Shown: positions 26,789 through 35,130 of the stretch, piece by piece | How positions within the stretch are numbered: position 1 is the stretch's first letter | Layout: every line of letters starts with the position of its first letter | Source of the DNA: Sedimentisphaerales bacterium | GTDB lineage: Bacteria > Planctomycetota > Phycisphaerae > Sedimentisphaerales > SM23-30 | Assembly: GCA_963663965.2 (NCBI GenBank) | Contig: CAXXFK010000015.1 | Span: 224,001-288,000, forward strand | Length of the DNA: 64,000 bases | Reading direction: 5' to 3' | The notes under the pieces: model-generated | Told to the model about the DNA's origin: nothing | Databases searched by the model: none | The model's input: the letters and a program-made list of their open reading frames with translations, nothing else | Position numbers and translations under genes: made by a program

Positions 26789-28429
26789 TTAAAAACTAAA
26801 AGTCCCGCCTGTGTTGCCATCGCAGAGATACAGAGTTTCTTTAGCTCTGGTCATTGCCACATAGAACGCCCTGATAATCGAATCCCGCAACTCCGGGTTC
26901 GTTCCCCGGTTCCATGATTCCTGAGCCACTGGTGAGAGGTCAGGGGCCACATAGACCACGTCAGCCTCAGCCCCCTTGAATGAGTGAATAGTCCCGACAT
27001 AGAGCTTTGGTTTTTGCTCATACACAGACAAGCCGTTGGCCTGAATTAGTTTAATGGGGTACTTGGTCTGCTTTAGCGAGGAAGATTTAACCTGTGACTG
27101 CCAATAGTTAATAACCTCCCGCTGTTTGCCAGCCATGAGCAGTTCGCCATATTTCTTAATGGCCTCAAGATTGACAAACTCAAGTAATCCGGTCCAATTT
27201 GAGTTTGGGGGTAGTTCGTCGGCCTTCTTCTCTGCGTTGGATTTCTGTCCCTTGATAAAAATAGCCTCAGCCGACAAGGGGCCAGTCCACGCCATAAACT
27301 CTCTCACTGTCCATGGCTCAGGATTTGGGTTAGAATCTGACCGGCACATTCTGAGAAGAGACAGAATCCTATGGTGCATTGATCTGCCGAGATTTTCATT
27401 AACCGGGTTCCATGTGTAGTTTGTTTTTCGCCATGGATTAGAGAAATATATCCCATATTCTCGAAGCTGTGTGATTAATTTGATAAGCATGTAGGAACAG
27501 GAGGCCATAATCATTACAGACTTGCCATCGGCAAGGTGTTGCTGTGCCGATTTGATCATCCATTCAGGATCGGTGAAGGGAAAATTAAAACGAGACACTT
27601 TACCGTCGAAGTCTCTGGGCTTGTAGTCAATCGGGGAGTAGTTAGACAGTCTCTTTATCCACTCAATTGCCCGAGCGTGTACCGCCCTTGGAATACGCCA
27701 AGATTGCCCCAGAACCCGCCTGTGATCGTCCGGGATAGCCGGGTCGTTCAATAGGTCAGGATCAGCCCCACGCCAAGAATAAAGCGATTGCCAACCATCG
27801 CCGCAAGCCATCATTGCCCCCGCCTTTACTCCCCAGAATTTGAGTAAATCATACTCTAATTTTGAGAAGTCCTGAACTTCATCTGCGATGACTATATCAG
27901 GCTTGCCCATCGGCTCAATCCCCAGCGTGAGGCACTCTTCAATCATGTCCGTGAAGTCGAGGGAATTATTATCCAGCTTCCACTCAGTCCATTTTTTAGC
28001 AAACGATCTAACGTCCGCTGTCCACCATTCCTTGGGAGTGAGCTTGTGTCGATACAGAGAGTACTGATTATACAATCTGTCCCCAAGCCCACTTTTACTG
28101 GATTGCTGATCTAAGTTGTCACCGTCGATATTTGAGCCTTCATCTGTGAGAGCTAACGCAGGATAGTCTTTGTTCCATTGTTTAATTTTGACTAGTTTCT
28201 TATCATATCCAATGGCTCGATAAGCTAAGCTGTGAAGTGTCCCAACCATGGAGTCGGACACAGGCAGGTCACGGCTTGCGATCTCCCGAGCCGCTGTGGT
28301 AGTCAATGAGCAGATTAATGGAGTCAAGCCCTTGTCGCATAGCTGATTGACTTGCTTGGCTAGAAAAGTCGTCTTGCCCGTTCCGGGCGGGCCGATGATC
28401 GAATAGAGTCCCTTATATTCAGATTCCAT
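26789..28429 (-). CDS. UvrD/Rep-like SF1 helicase
   Basis: GPPGTGKTT, TLHS, DEVQD, GD..QS.Y..RGA, QSWR.P, TIHSFKG.E, YVAMTRAK; start placed at MESEYK. Confidence 0.9.
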   Translation of the reverse strand: MESEYKGLYSIIGPPGTGKTTFLAKQVNQLCDKGLTPLICSLTTTAAREIASRDLPVSDSMVGTLHSLAYRAIGYDKKLVKIKQWNKDYPALALTDEGSNIDGDNLDQQSSKSGLGDRLYNQYSLYRHKLTPKEWWTADVRSFAKKWTEWKLDNNSLDFTDMIEECLTLGIEPMGKPDIVIADEVQDFSKLEYDLLKFWGVKAGAMMACGDGWQSLYSWRGADPDLLNDPAIPDDHRRVLGQSWRIPRAVHARAIEWIKRLSNYSPIDYKPRDFDGKVSRFNFPFTDPEWMIKSAQQHLADGKSVMIMASCSYMLIKLITQLREYGIYFSNPWRKTNYTWNPVNENLGRSMHHRILSLLRMCRSDSNPNPEPWTVREFMAWTGPLSAEAIFIKGQKSNAEKKADELPPNSNWTGLLEFVNLEAIKKYGELLMAGKQREVINYWQSQVKSSSLKQTKYPIKLIQANGLSVYEQKPKLYVGTIHSFKGAEADVVYVAPDLSPVAQESWNRGTNPELRDSIIRAFYVAMTRAKETLYLCDGNTGGTFSF

Positions 28430-30125
28430 CCCACACCCCCGAGTCTGCCGAAGCTTGCCAGTAGGAAGCGTTGTCAACCCCACAATCAAGACGAACAGAC
28501 ATTTTGTATGATCTAAAGCCCGTTTTTCGTAACATGCGAGTGACATCTGAGCGATTCGCAGAGTGGTTCCCAAAAAAGTTGTGAATAAATTTGAGAAAGC
28601 TTGAATAGTGGATATAAATTGTACCGTTGTGAATAAACGGCTCTCTCTGTTTAAAATAATCGTGCCAGTCATTGCCATTGTAAACAGGCTTTTGGATCAG
28701 AAATGTCCTGATATAGTCAACTGCTATGTTATACTCTAGACTGTCATTGTCTTCGATTTCCTCTGCGATAGAGAGCAGGAGGCCAACACATTTTTTCCAT
28801 TGGGCCGGTTTCATGGCCGGGACCGGATCGGCAAGCATAGCGTCCATGATCTTTGTCCGAAAAACATTGGCCTGCACCATTGAGGTCGAGTTCCCGATTG
28901 TGACTTCTACCTCCTGCCCATCCAACTCAAGGACCACCGAGTATTGAGTCTTCTCCCGCCCCTGACATAATACTTTGACCAATGGAATCTTGAGGACATT
29001 ACGAAGCATCTCAAGCTTCTGCTCTTTGGTCTGGTCTTTGAGCGTTTCAGAGTGATCAGGTTTTGGGATACCAATTTTTGTCCGCTGTTTGTCTGTGAAC
29101 AGATCGGGCCCCATTACTGACCCAAGCTTTGCTTTGTGGATCGTCCGGGCAATGTAGTCGTCCCGATCAGTAACTTTAGATAAGTCATGCCCATGCTTTT
29201 TTCGGAAAGCATAAATCAGCCCGGCAATCTCAGAGTCAGGCCAGTCTAATTGAACCAAGATGTTACAGAGGGCCATATCGTAGGAAGAAGGCGATTGATC
29301 AGGCATATCCAGCCGCTTTTTGTCCCAAGTGCGAGCAAACGACTCGACATTCTCTTTGAGTAACATGAATTTATCGGGGTCAAACTGACCAACTTCGCAA
29401 GGGGTCAGTTCCACAGGCTGAGAAGAGCTTTCATTGCCTCCTGTAGCTGTTGTTTTAGTTATCTTGAATAGATCATTCAAGGCATACCGGGGCACGTCCC
29501 GGCCTTCCCAGTTGTGAGGGTAATAAATTTTGACCTGTTTTGGATTGTCAGTGTCTTTATTGTTATAAGTCCCAGGAACTCTCAATACTCTGGCAAAATC
29601 GTGTGTGGTGTCGAGATCATAGCCCGAGGCCCGGAATACCGCCCTGAGCTTAGCCTGCCAACTCTTGACGGCGTTCATACCAACGGCCCTGTCGTCGTCA
29701 TCCGTGAATATCCAAGGCTCTTCTAATAGCCAGTAGGCGTGCCATCCGTTGCCCGAGTCAACAACGATTGAGGGCATGAATGGGAATTTCTTGATCAGTT
29801 CAACCGCTGTCTTTTCGTCGGGCGGGACGTTTTTCTTATGATTTGGCCCGAAGTCTATATCGGCCCACAGACACGTTATTCCCGCTACTTCTGTTGACTT
29901 GGCTCTGGTAGTTGGCGCTAGAGGTTCTGTGGTCAGACCAAGGCCAAAGTAGAGGTCCACATCAGATTTGTACTTTGTTACGTCAACTTCCTGACCGGCC
30001 TGAAAACTGTGTGAGTGCTTCGGTGGATTGGCCCAGAGATAATAATAAAGGTTCTCTGGGACACCCTTAAATATCTGACTGAGGAACTGGTTCGCTAATT
30101 GGTTGTCTGGTGATATGATTTTCAT
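28419..30125 (-). CDS. RepB-like (AEP superfamily) DNA primase
   Basis: WADID, PS.VV.SGNG.HAYW, D..RVLRVPGT.N.K, followed by helical domain DQSPS.YD. Confidence 0.82.
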   Translation of the reverse strand: MKIISPDNQLANQFLSQIFKGVPENLYYYLWANPPKHSHSFQAGQEVDVTKYKSDVDLYFGLGLTTEPLAPTTRAKSTEVAGITCLWADIDFGPNHKKNVPPDEKTAVELIKKFPFMPSIVVDSGNGWHAYWLLEEPWIFTDDDDRAVGMNAVKSWQAKLRAVFRASGYDLDTTHDFARVLRVPGTYNNKDTDNPKQVKIYYPHNWEGRDVPRYALNDLFKITKTTATGGNESSSQPVELTPCEVGQFDPDKFMLLKENVESFARTWDKKRLDMPDQSPSSYDMALCNILVQLDWPDSEIAGLIYAFRKKHGHDLSKVTDRDDYIARTIHKAKLGSVMGPDLFTDKQRTKIGIPKPDHSETLKDQTKEQKLEMLRNVLKIPLVKVLCQGREKTQYSVVLELDGQEVEVTIGNSTSMVQANVFRTKIMDAMLADPVPAMKPAQWKKCVGLLLSIAEEIEDNDSLEYNIAVDYIRTFLIQKPVYNGNDWHDYFKQREPFIHNGTIYIHYSSFLKFIHNFFGNHSANRSDVTRMLRKTGFRSYKMSVRLDCGVDNASYWQASADSGVWDGI

Positions 30126-30321
30126 TTCGTTGCCACTCCATGGCTGTGCCGAGTCCTAGACATACCGGGCATTGTTGCCGGGCCGGGTCGCCCCCCAGAA
30201 ATGTCATTACCTCGTCACTGCTGTCCATATTGTTCAAAGTCCCCCGGCCTGAGCAGACGGGGCACTGAATTTTTACAAGGTCAACGCCTTGTTTTTTTAG
30301 TCTTGGATCGATTTTGAGCAT
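30067..30321 (-). CDS. Small CxxCxGxG zinc-finger protein
   Basis: CPVCSGRG and CPVCLGLG. Confidence 0.6.
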   Translation of the reverse strand: MLKIDPRLKKQGVDLVKIQCPVCSGRGTLNNMDSSDEVMTFLGGDPARQQCPVCLGLGTAMEWQRNENHITRQPISEPVPQSDI

Positions 30322-30386
30322 AATTTCAATAAGCTGTGTGGGGCACTAAACAATCCCCACACAACCAACAACGTAATTAGGAGATA

Positions 30387-31124
30387 TTATTCAGAGGGAG
30401 AGGGAGTGGCGGCCTTCATACCGAGGGCCACAGACATTTGGTCAAAGAATTCTTTCGAGCCATCTTCAAGGACAGCTTGGATGTTCGGATTGACCACAGA
30501 ATACTTGATACCGTCTTTGTTTTGCTCAGTGACCAGAGTGAACGAGGTTAGGACGTGACTGAATTTCAGTCGTCTCATGGTCAACCGCATGGCGTATTTT
30601 TTCCATGCGCCGAGAGAGGTTGGGGGCAATGTAATCACGATGGGGAGACAGTCTTCTTTACGATAGACCATCAAAGCCTTCATTTGTTTACAGGCTTGTC
30701 CCCGGCCAGCCCCGCCCTTGTCCGATCCGAACTGGGCAAGTTGACATTCGGCACAACAGCCGCCCGGTGATCCGTGGCCAAATACGCCATCTTCTGATGA
30801 GCAGGCAGGAGGCTCTCCACCCGTTTCTTCAAAGGGCCGTTCCCAGTAACCCCGGCCATTTCGTTGAGCAATGACCACACCCGTGATCTCTTTAACGGAA
30901 TCTTCAGAACCGTCAGGCATAATCACTTCCCACGATTTACCACCGCCAGCAGGAACAGAGATTCGCTCCAAGTCCCGGACAGTAAGTTTATCGGCTCCGA
31001 GGTTGTCAGCGATAAGCTCCCGGAGTTGAGTTATATCGCCCCCGGCAAACTGGGTAATAGCGAAGTCGTTGTGACTGATTACCGCCAAGGCGGTCGATGC
31101 AGGCTCATCTTTTTTGGCTGTCAT
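30387..31124 (-). CDS. Putative phage ssDNA-binding/annealing protein
   Basis: GYW...P.C.S.DG..G...C..C..QFGS...G.ACK, LPPTSL; position in replication module. Confidence 0.6.
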   Translation of the reverse strand: MTAKKDEPASTALAVISHNDFAITQFAGGDITQLRELIADNLGADKLTVRDLERISVPAGGGKSWEVIMPDGSEDSVKEITGVVIAQRNGRGYWERPFEETGGEPPACSSEDGVFGHGSPGGCCAECQLAQFGSDKGGAGRGQACKQMKALMVYRKEDCLPIVITLPPTSLGAWKKYAMRLTMRRLKFSHVLTSFTLVTEQNKDGIKYSVVNPNIQAVLEDGSKEFFDQMSVALGMKAATPSPSE

Positions 31125-31150
31125 AGATTTTACTCCTGAAAAAAGTGGTG

Positions 31151-31549
31151 TTATTTTTTAACTTTGACCTTAATGGTCTCAGATACTTTTACGAGTGCTT
31201 TCAGTTCGTCAGGCAGGTCCGGGAGACCCTGTTCGTCGGGCGGGTATTCCCGCACCATGGCCGAGAGCCGCTGGCTGGCAATGCTGGTTGTGATCAGATC
31301 GTCAAAGCCGTTCTCCCTGAGATATTCACAGAGAGGCTCCTGACCCTGACTGGGCGATGCCCAGATTTGCCGGTTGAGATAAATGGTCCGGTCATCGACT
31401 TTGATGTTCTGAATACCAGCCTCAATCATTTGGTCCTGAATATAGGGCTCAAGCTCAGACATCTCATACTTAATAGCGTCGATGTTTGCGTCAATCTCGG
31501 CTTTTTGTTTAACGAGCTCGACGTACCGTTTGAATTTGGTCATGTCCAT
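31151..31549 (-). CDS. Coiled-coil phage replication-module protein
   Basis: 132 aa; N-terminal coiled coil; coupled to the helicase stop. Confidence 0.6.
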   Translation of the reverse strand: MDMTKFKRYVELVKQKAEIDANIDAIKYEMSELEPYIQDQMIEAGIQNIKVDDRTIYLNRQIWASPSQGQEPLCEYLRENGFDDLITTSIASQRLSAMVREYPPDEQGLPDLPDELKALVKVSETIKVKVKK

Positions 31550-33204
31550 TAGTCACCTTCTTTCTTTTTATACATTTCTAGTACCGATTCAACGATCTTC
31601 TTTTTGGACATAAGAGATCGATATACTTTTGCGTCCACTGTGCCTTGTGCTATTAAATGCAGGAAGGTCACAGACTTGTTTTGTCCCGGTCGATGTAATC
31701 TGGCCCGTGATTGTTCGTATTCACCCAGACTCCATCCTGTGGAGTAATACACGCAATAACAAGCACGGGTGAGGTCGATACCGACCCCACCGGCTTGTAT
31801 CTGAACAGCCAGCACATCGCCCGGTTTTGCTGAGTTTTGCCAACGGTCTAATTCGTTAATTGTCCCCGATAGTTCCATACAGGTCCGTCCTGACTGGCAG
31901 GCCGCTTGGGCAGTGACAGACAGATCATTTCTGAAGCGACAGAAAACAACGATTGGCTCACTGCTGTCAATCGATTCAAAAATGTCTAAGAGTTCCCGAT
32001 ACTTGGCCGTGCTGACCGTGTGTGTTTCGTCGGTGTGTTCGTCCGGGTCAGGGAGAAAGCCCGAAGTGATTTGCTGAAGCCTGAGCATTCGACTCAGAGC
32101 GTTGTTTGCCACAAGTTTGCCTGAGCCGACATCGGCTATGAATTCTTTCTCAAGTGTCTTGTAAAGTTTTGTGGCCGATGGCTCTAGCTCAATGTCACGG
32201 AGTTCATCTGTGTAGGGTGGAAGGTCGAGAACATCGCTCTTGTGGACCTTCAGGGCTATCGAGTTAAACTTATCCTGCAACTCTGGTATATTCTGGTATC
32301 CAAGAATTTGTTTGCCTCCATAGCCGCCCATTTGAGCGTATCGAGCCCGGAACATGGTGAACGAAGTCCCGTAAATAGAAGGATCAAGAAACCTGTACTG
32401 ACCATAAACATCAAGCGGACTGTGGGGCATGGGTGTCCCTGTCAGCCCGACTCGTTTTTTGGCGTTCACTTTTCGTCCGAAAAATTTGCTGGTGATGCCA
32501 GAATGAGATTTGATTTTGTGGATTTCATCACAGACAACTATGTCCCAATCTGTCTTCTCAACTACCTCGCCGACTTTGCCCTGATAGACCCCATCATAGT
32601 TGACCACAAAAACAAGAGGCGGGACTGTAGGCTGATGAAACTTAATCATTCGTTCCATTAGATCGCCCCGCTTCTTCAAGGGCCCCTCACCCAGTGTGAC
32701 AATGATGAAAGGCCAGTAACCGTGCTTCTCGAATTCTTTCTTCCAGTTAGGGACCACAGACTTTGGGGCAATGATCAGGGCCAGCCTGAATGGCCAGTTA
32801 TTCAAAGCGTCAATCGTTGTTTTTGTTTTCCCCGTACCCATATCGTAAGCCAGCATTGTCGCATCTTGATTAATGATCGCATGAGTGCCCCGAAGCTGGT
32901 GATTCCAAGGCTTCATGCGTGTGGTTGCCAGTGGCGGTAGTTCGACAGCTGGACAGTATTTGAATTTCTCGGCCCGTTCAAACCGCTCAACCGTCTGGAC
33001 GAATTCATGGATTATTTCTGGCCTGTCACAAGCCGCCCGCAATTCCGGGTTAGACATAATGTCATGGATCACTCTGGCTGTCTTTGGGTACTCCCAATGT
33101 TTTTTTGATTTGTTCCAGCTTGCGCCGGGAATAGCTTTTAATACGTCCTTGTATATATAAGGAGTTTTAATAGCTATTTTATCTGTTACTTCCACAGCAA
33201 TCAC
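31549..33204 (-). CDS. SNF2-related helicase
   Basis: DMGTGKT, DEIH, LTGTP, LRLQQI, GG.GIDL, Q..AR.HRPGQ. Confidence 0.92.
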   Translation of the reverse strand: MIAVEVTDKIAIKTPYIYKDVLKAIPGASWNKSKKHWEYPKTARVIHDIMSNPELRAACDRPEIIHEFVQTVERFERAEKFKYCPAVELPPLATTRMKPWNHQLRGTHAIINQDATMLAYDMGTGKTKTTIDALNNWPFRLALIIAPKSVVPNWKKEFEKHGYWPFIIVTLGEGPLKKRGDLMERMIKFHQPTVPPLVFVVNYDGVYQGKVGEVVEKTDWDIVVCDEIHKIKSHSGITSKFFGRKVNAKKRVGLTGTPMPHSPLDVYGQYRFLDPSIYGTSFTMFRARYAQMGGYGGKQILGYQNIPELQDKFNSIALKVHKSDVLDLPPYTDELRDIELEPSATKLYKTLEKEFIADVGSGKLVANNALSRMLRLQQITSGFLPDPDEHTDETHTVSTAKYRELLDIFESIDSSEPIVVFCRFRNDLSVTAQAACQSGRTCMELSGTINELDRWQNSAKPGDVLAVQIQAGGVGIDLTRACYCVYYSTGWSLGEYEQSRARLHRPGQNKSVTFLHLIAQGTVDAKVYRSLMSKKKIVESVLEMYKKKEGD

Positions 33205-33242
33205 AGGCCAAGCCTTTCAATTGAGATCAGATTTAAGTTAAG

Positions 33243-33387
33243 GAGCATGGCCGGGATTTGAACCCGGCTCGGCGTTGGTGTTGGAGAACAGTCTTACGAG
33301 TATTGAGATAGTCAGTCTTTTTAGATGTGGTGTGTGAAGACACCATCGCCTTCCAGCCGTTTGAGCGTCCATTCTCAAACCATGCCC
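33243..33387 (-). ncRNA. tRNA-like RNA with acceptor, D and T arms and an ~90-nt insert replacing the anticodon arm
   Basis: GGGCATGG/CCATGCTC stem; (TT)TGAG-AATGGACG-CTCA(AA) D arm; CCGGG-TTCAAAT-CCCGG T arm; adjacent to two tRNAs. Confidence 0.65.
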
Positions 33388-33409
33388 GTATTTTTTTTTA
33401 AAGAACTAA

Positions 33410-33482
33410 TAGCGGAGCCGGGACTTGAACCCGGAGTCGGGGAGCATGAATCCCCGGTGTTAGCCAATTACACTACTCCGCA
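33410..33482 (-). tRNA. Phage tRNA-Met(CAT) with U1xU72 mismatch
   Basis: Cloverleaf: GCGGAG/CTCCGC, GGGGA-TTCATGC-TCCCC, CCGGG-TTCAAGT-CCCGG; no encoded CCA. Confidence 0.85.
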
Positions 33483-33654
33483 GTATTTTCCCGGATGTCG
33501 CCGGGTTCGCTTGCCACTTGGTGTCTCAGGCAGGCAACGCCTGTTTTTTTGCTCGGCCTCCAAGGTTTTCGGTCGCAGACAGACGCTGCGTCTAGCTCAC
33601 ATCTGCCCCCCTGAGTCAGCAGGAGGCCAATTGACTCACTTCGTGGTATTCCAA

Positions 33655-33727
33655 AGCCACCCGCAGGAGTCGAACCCGCAACATTCTGAGTACAAAACAG
33701 ATGCTCTCCCAGTTGAGCTAGGGCGGC
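33655..33727 (-). tRNA. Phage tRNA-Thr(TGT)
   Basis: GCCGCCC/GGGTGGC, GCTC/GAGC D stem, loop TT-TGT-AC, GCGGG-TTCGACT-CCTGC. Confidence 0.9.
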
Positions 33728-33742
33728 TAATATTCACTTGTC

Positions 33743-33781
33743 AAAAAGTGTGCGGATCGGCTCGGTCAGACCGATCCGCAC
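33743..33781 (-). terminator. Intrinsic terminator-like hairpin after the xis-like gene
   Basis: 11-bp stem GTGCGGATCGG/CCGATCCGCAC followed by ACTTTTT on the minus strand. Confidence 0.6.
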
Positions 33782-33796
33782 GAAAAAAAAGAGGGT

Positions 33797-34069
33797 TCAT
33801 GGAGTGCTTGCGTTAATTTCAGTCTGATACTCTCCCCCGATCCCGCTGGGGCCCACAGAGACTAAGGGAATTTCTCGGGTTACAGACTGTTTGATTAGTT
33901 TTTCAACAGACGACTCGGTAACACGTTTTTGCGTTCGTGGAGTATTGGTCAGTGCGACTATTTTTAAGCCCTGCGCTTTTAGTTCTGGTAGCCATTTGTA
34001 AAAAGTGCTCAGGGCCATTCCCAGCCTTCGTGCCGCTTCTTTGATCGTGATAAGTGTTTCGGTTTTCAT
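33797..34069 (-). CDS. Excisionase-like HTH protein
   Basis: LITIKEAARRLGMALSTFYKW...RV..SSVEKLI. Confidence 0.75.
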   Translation of the reverse strand: MKTETLITIKEAARRLGMALSTFYKWLPELKAQGLKIVALTNTPRTQKRVTESSVEKLIKQSVTREIPLVSVGPSGIGGEYQTEINASTP

Positions 34070-34220
34070 TTCATCTGTCCTTCTCTATGGTTTTCCATGG
34101 GCTTCTTTTTTATAGCCCCTCATAATAATGGGAAAATTATTCACGACACCGGACGAAATGGGCTGTTTTTCATGCATATAGGCCGTTTCTGGCTTAAAAA
34201 TGAGGTTTTTGCCATGCATA

Positions 34221-34577
34221 CTAGTCATCAAAAAAGTCGTCGTCGTAAGTTTCCGACTCTTGATTGTGGATTATTGATTCTCTAGCTTTTCGTTCCTGAT
34301 CCGACAACTGCTGTAGCAGGAATGGGGTAGTCTGACCGATTATTCGTGATACCTGTGACTGGGAGATGCTGAATTGGGCGGCCAGATCGCCCTGTGAGGC
34401 CCCCATGAGTGACTGGGTGGTGATTTTCATCGCCCGACTGTCCGGAGCTTCAGAGAAAGCTTTCTCCATCGCCTCAAGCTCTTTATCTTCTGCTTCATAC
34501 CGGGCAAGCATGGCCTCCCGCTCTTGAGCTAATTTTTTTCGTCGGGCCTTGACTACGGACAAGAAGTCTGCTATCAT
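34221..34577 (-). CDS. Coiled-coil plus HTH protein (candidate phage regulator)
   Basis: SQGDLAAQFSISQSQVSRII HTH; acidic tail. Confidence 0.7.
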   Translation of the reverse strand: MIADFLSVVKARRKKLAQEREAMLARYEAEDKELEAMEKAFSEAPDSRAMKITTQSLMGASQGDLAAQFSISQSQVSRIIGQTTPFLLQQLSDQERKARESIIHNQESETYDDDFFDD

Positions 34578-34642
34578 TATTCAAGTCCCCCTGTGGATGG
34601 AGGTCTTGAGTAGTCTATAATCATAAAAATAGCCGTAACCAT
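34577..34642 (-). CDS. 21-aa leader peptide coupled to the HTH gene (TAATG)
   Basis: GGAG RBS; stop overlaps the next ATG. Confidence 0.4.
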   Translation of the reverse strand: MVTAIFMIIDYSRPPSTGGLE

Positions 34643-34828
34643 GGTGTCTCCCATGTGGTGTGTGAGTCTATGACCGTTACGGAAAGGGCCTAGTGTTCTC
34701 AGCACTGGGCCTATTTTTTTTATATAACAATCAAATAATGACCTAAGAACTATATTGCTAATTGATTATGGCGGCAGGTGCACAACATTTTCCTTTGCAA
34801 TTAAGATTAAACTTTTCTCTAAATGCAA

Positions 34829-34917
34829 ATGGGACACAGGCTGCCCCATCGTGCGACACCCACAAGAAGTCCCAAGCGGTACACCCTATGGACACAATGG
34901 GGCAACTTGTGCCCCAT
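34829..34917. promoter_or_regulatory. Two 21-bp operator-like palindromes ATGGG(A/G)CA-N5-TGCCCCAT
   Basis: Copies at 34829-34849 and 34897-34917. Confidence 0.65.
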
Positions 34918-35130
34918 GAGTCGGGTGTACGAATGTGAAATACTCAAAATTTTGGAACTTGTAGGTGTCATAGGAAATAGTAAATAAACAGGGATAAACT
35001 GTCAAGGACTTTTAATCTTTGGGGATCGCCATTGCACTAGCGAGGGACCGATTAACATAATAGTTGATCGTACCCTAACAAACACCGAACATCAAGGCAA
35101 AAAGCAAAAAAATTCGGTGATTTTTTGTGG

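Noticed and set aside
28430..28678. Long N-terminal extensions given by the ORF track (UvrD; also capsid, trpE, trpF, SDR)
   Set aside because: They overlap upstream genes or terminators; downstream ATGs next to the first motifs fit better
33243..33387. tmRNA or tRNA-Sec call for the tRNA-like RNA
   Set aside because: Too short for tmRNA, no G3.U70, has a paired D stem; no UCA anticodon arm for tRNA-Sec
33555..33640. Hammerhead ribozyme (CTGA...CGAAA on the minus strand)
   Set aside because: The core reads CTGACTC rather than CTGANGA, and I could not build the three stems
33325..33816. 163-aa plus-strand ORF
   Set aside because: Antisense to two tRNAs and the tRNA-like RNA
34823..34987. 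54-aa plus-strand ORF as a candidate divergent repressor
   Set aside because: No HTH pattern or RBS; it runs across the operator palindromes
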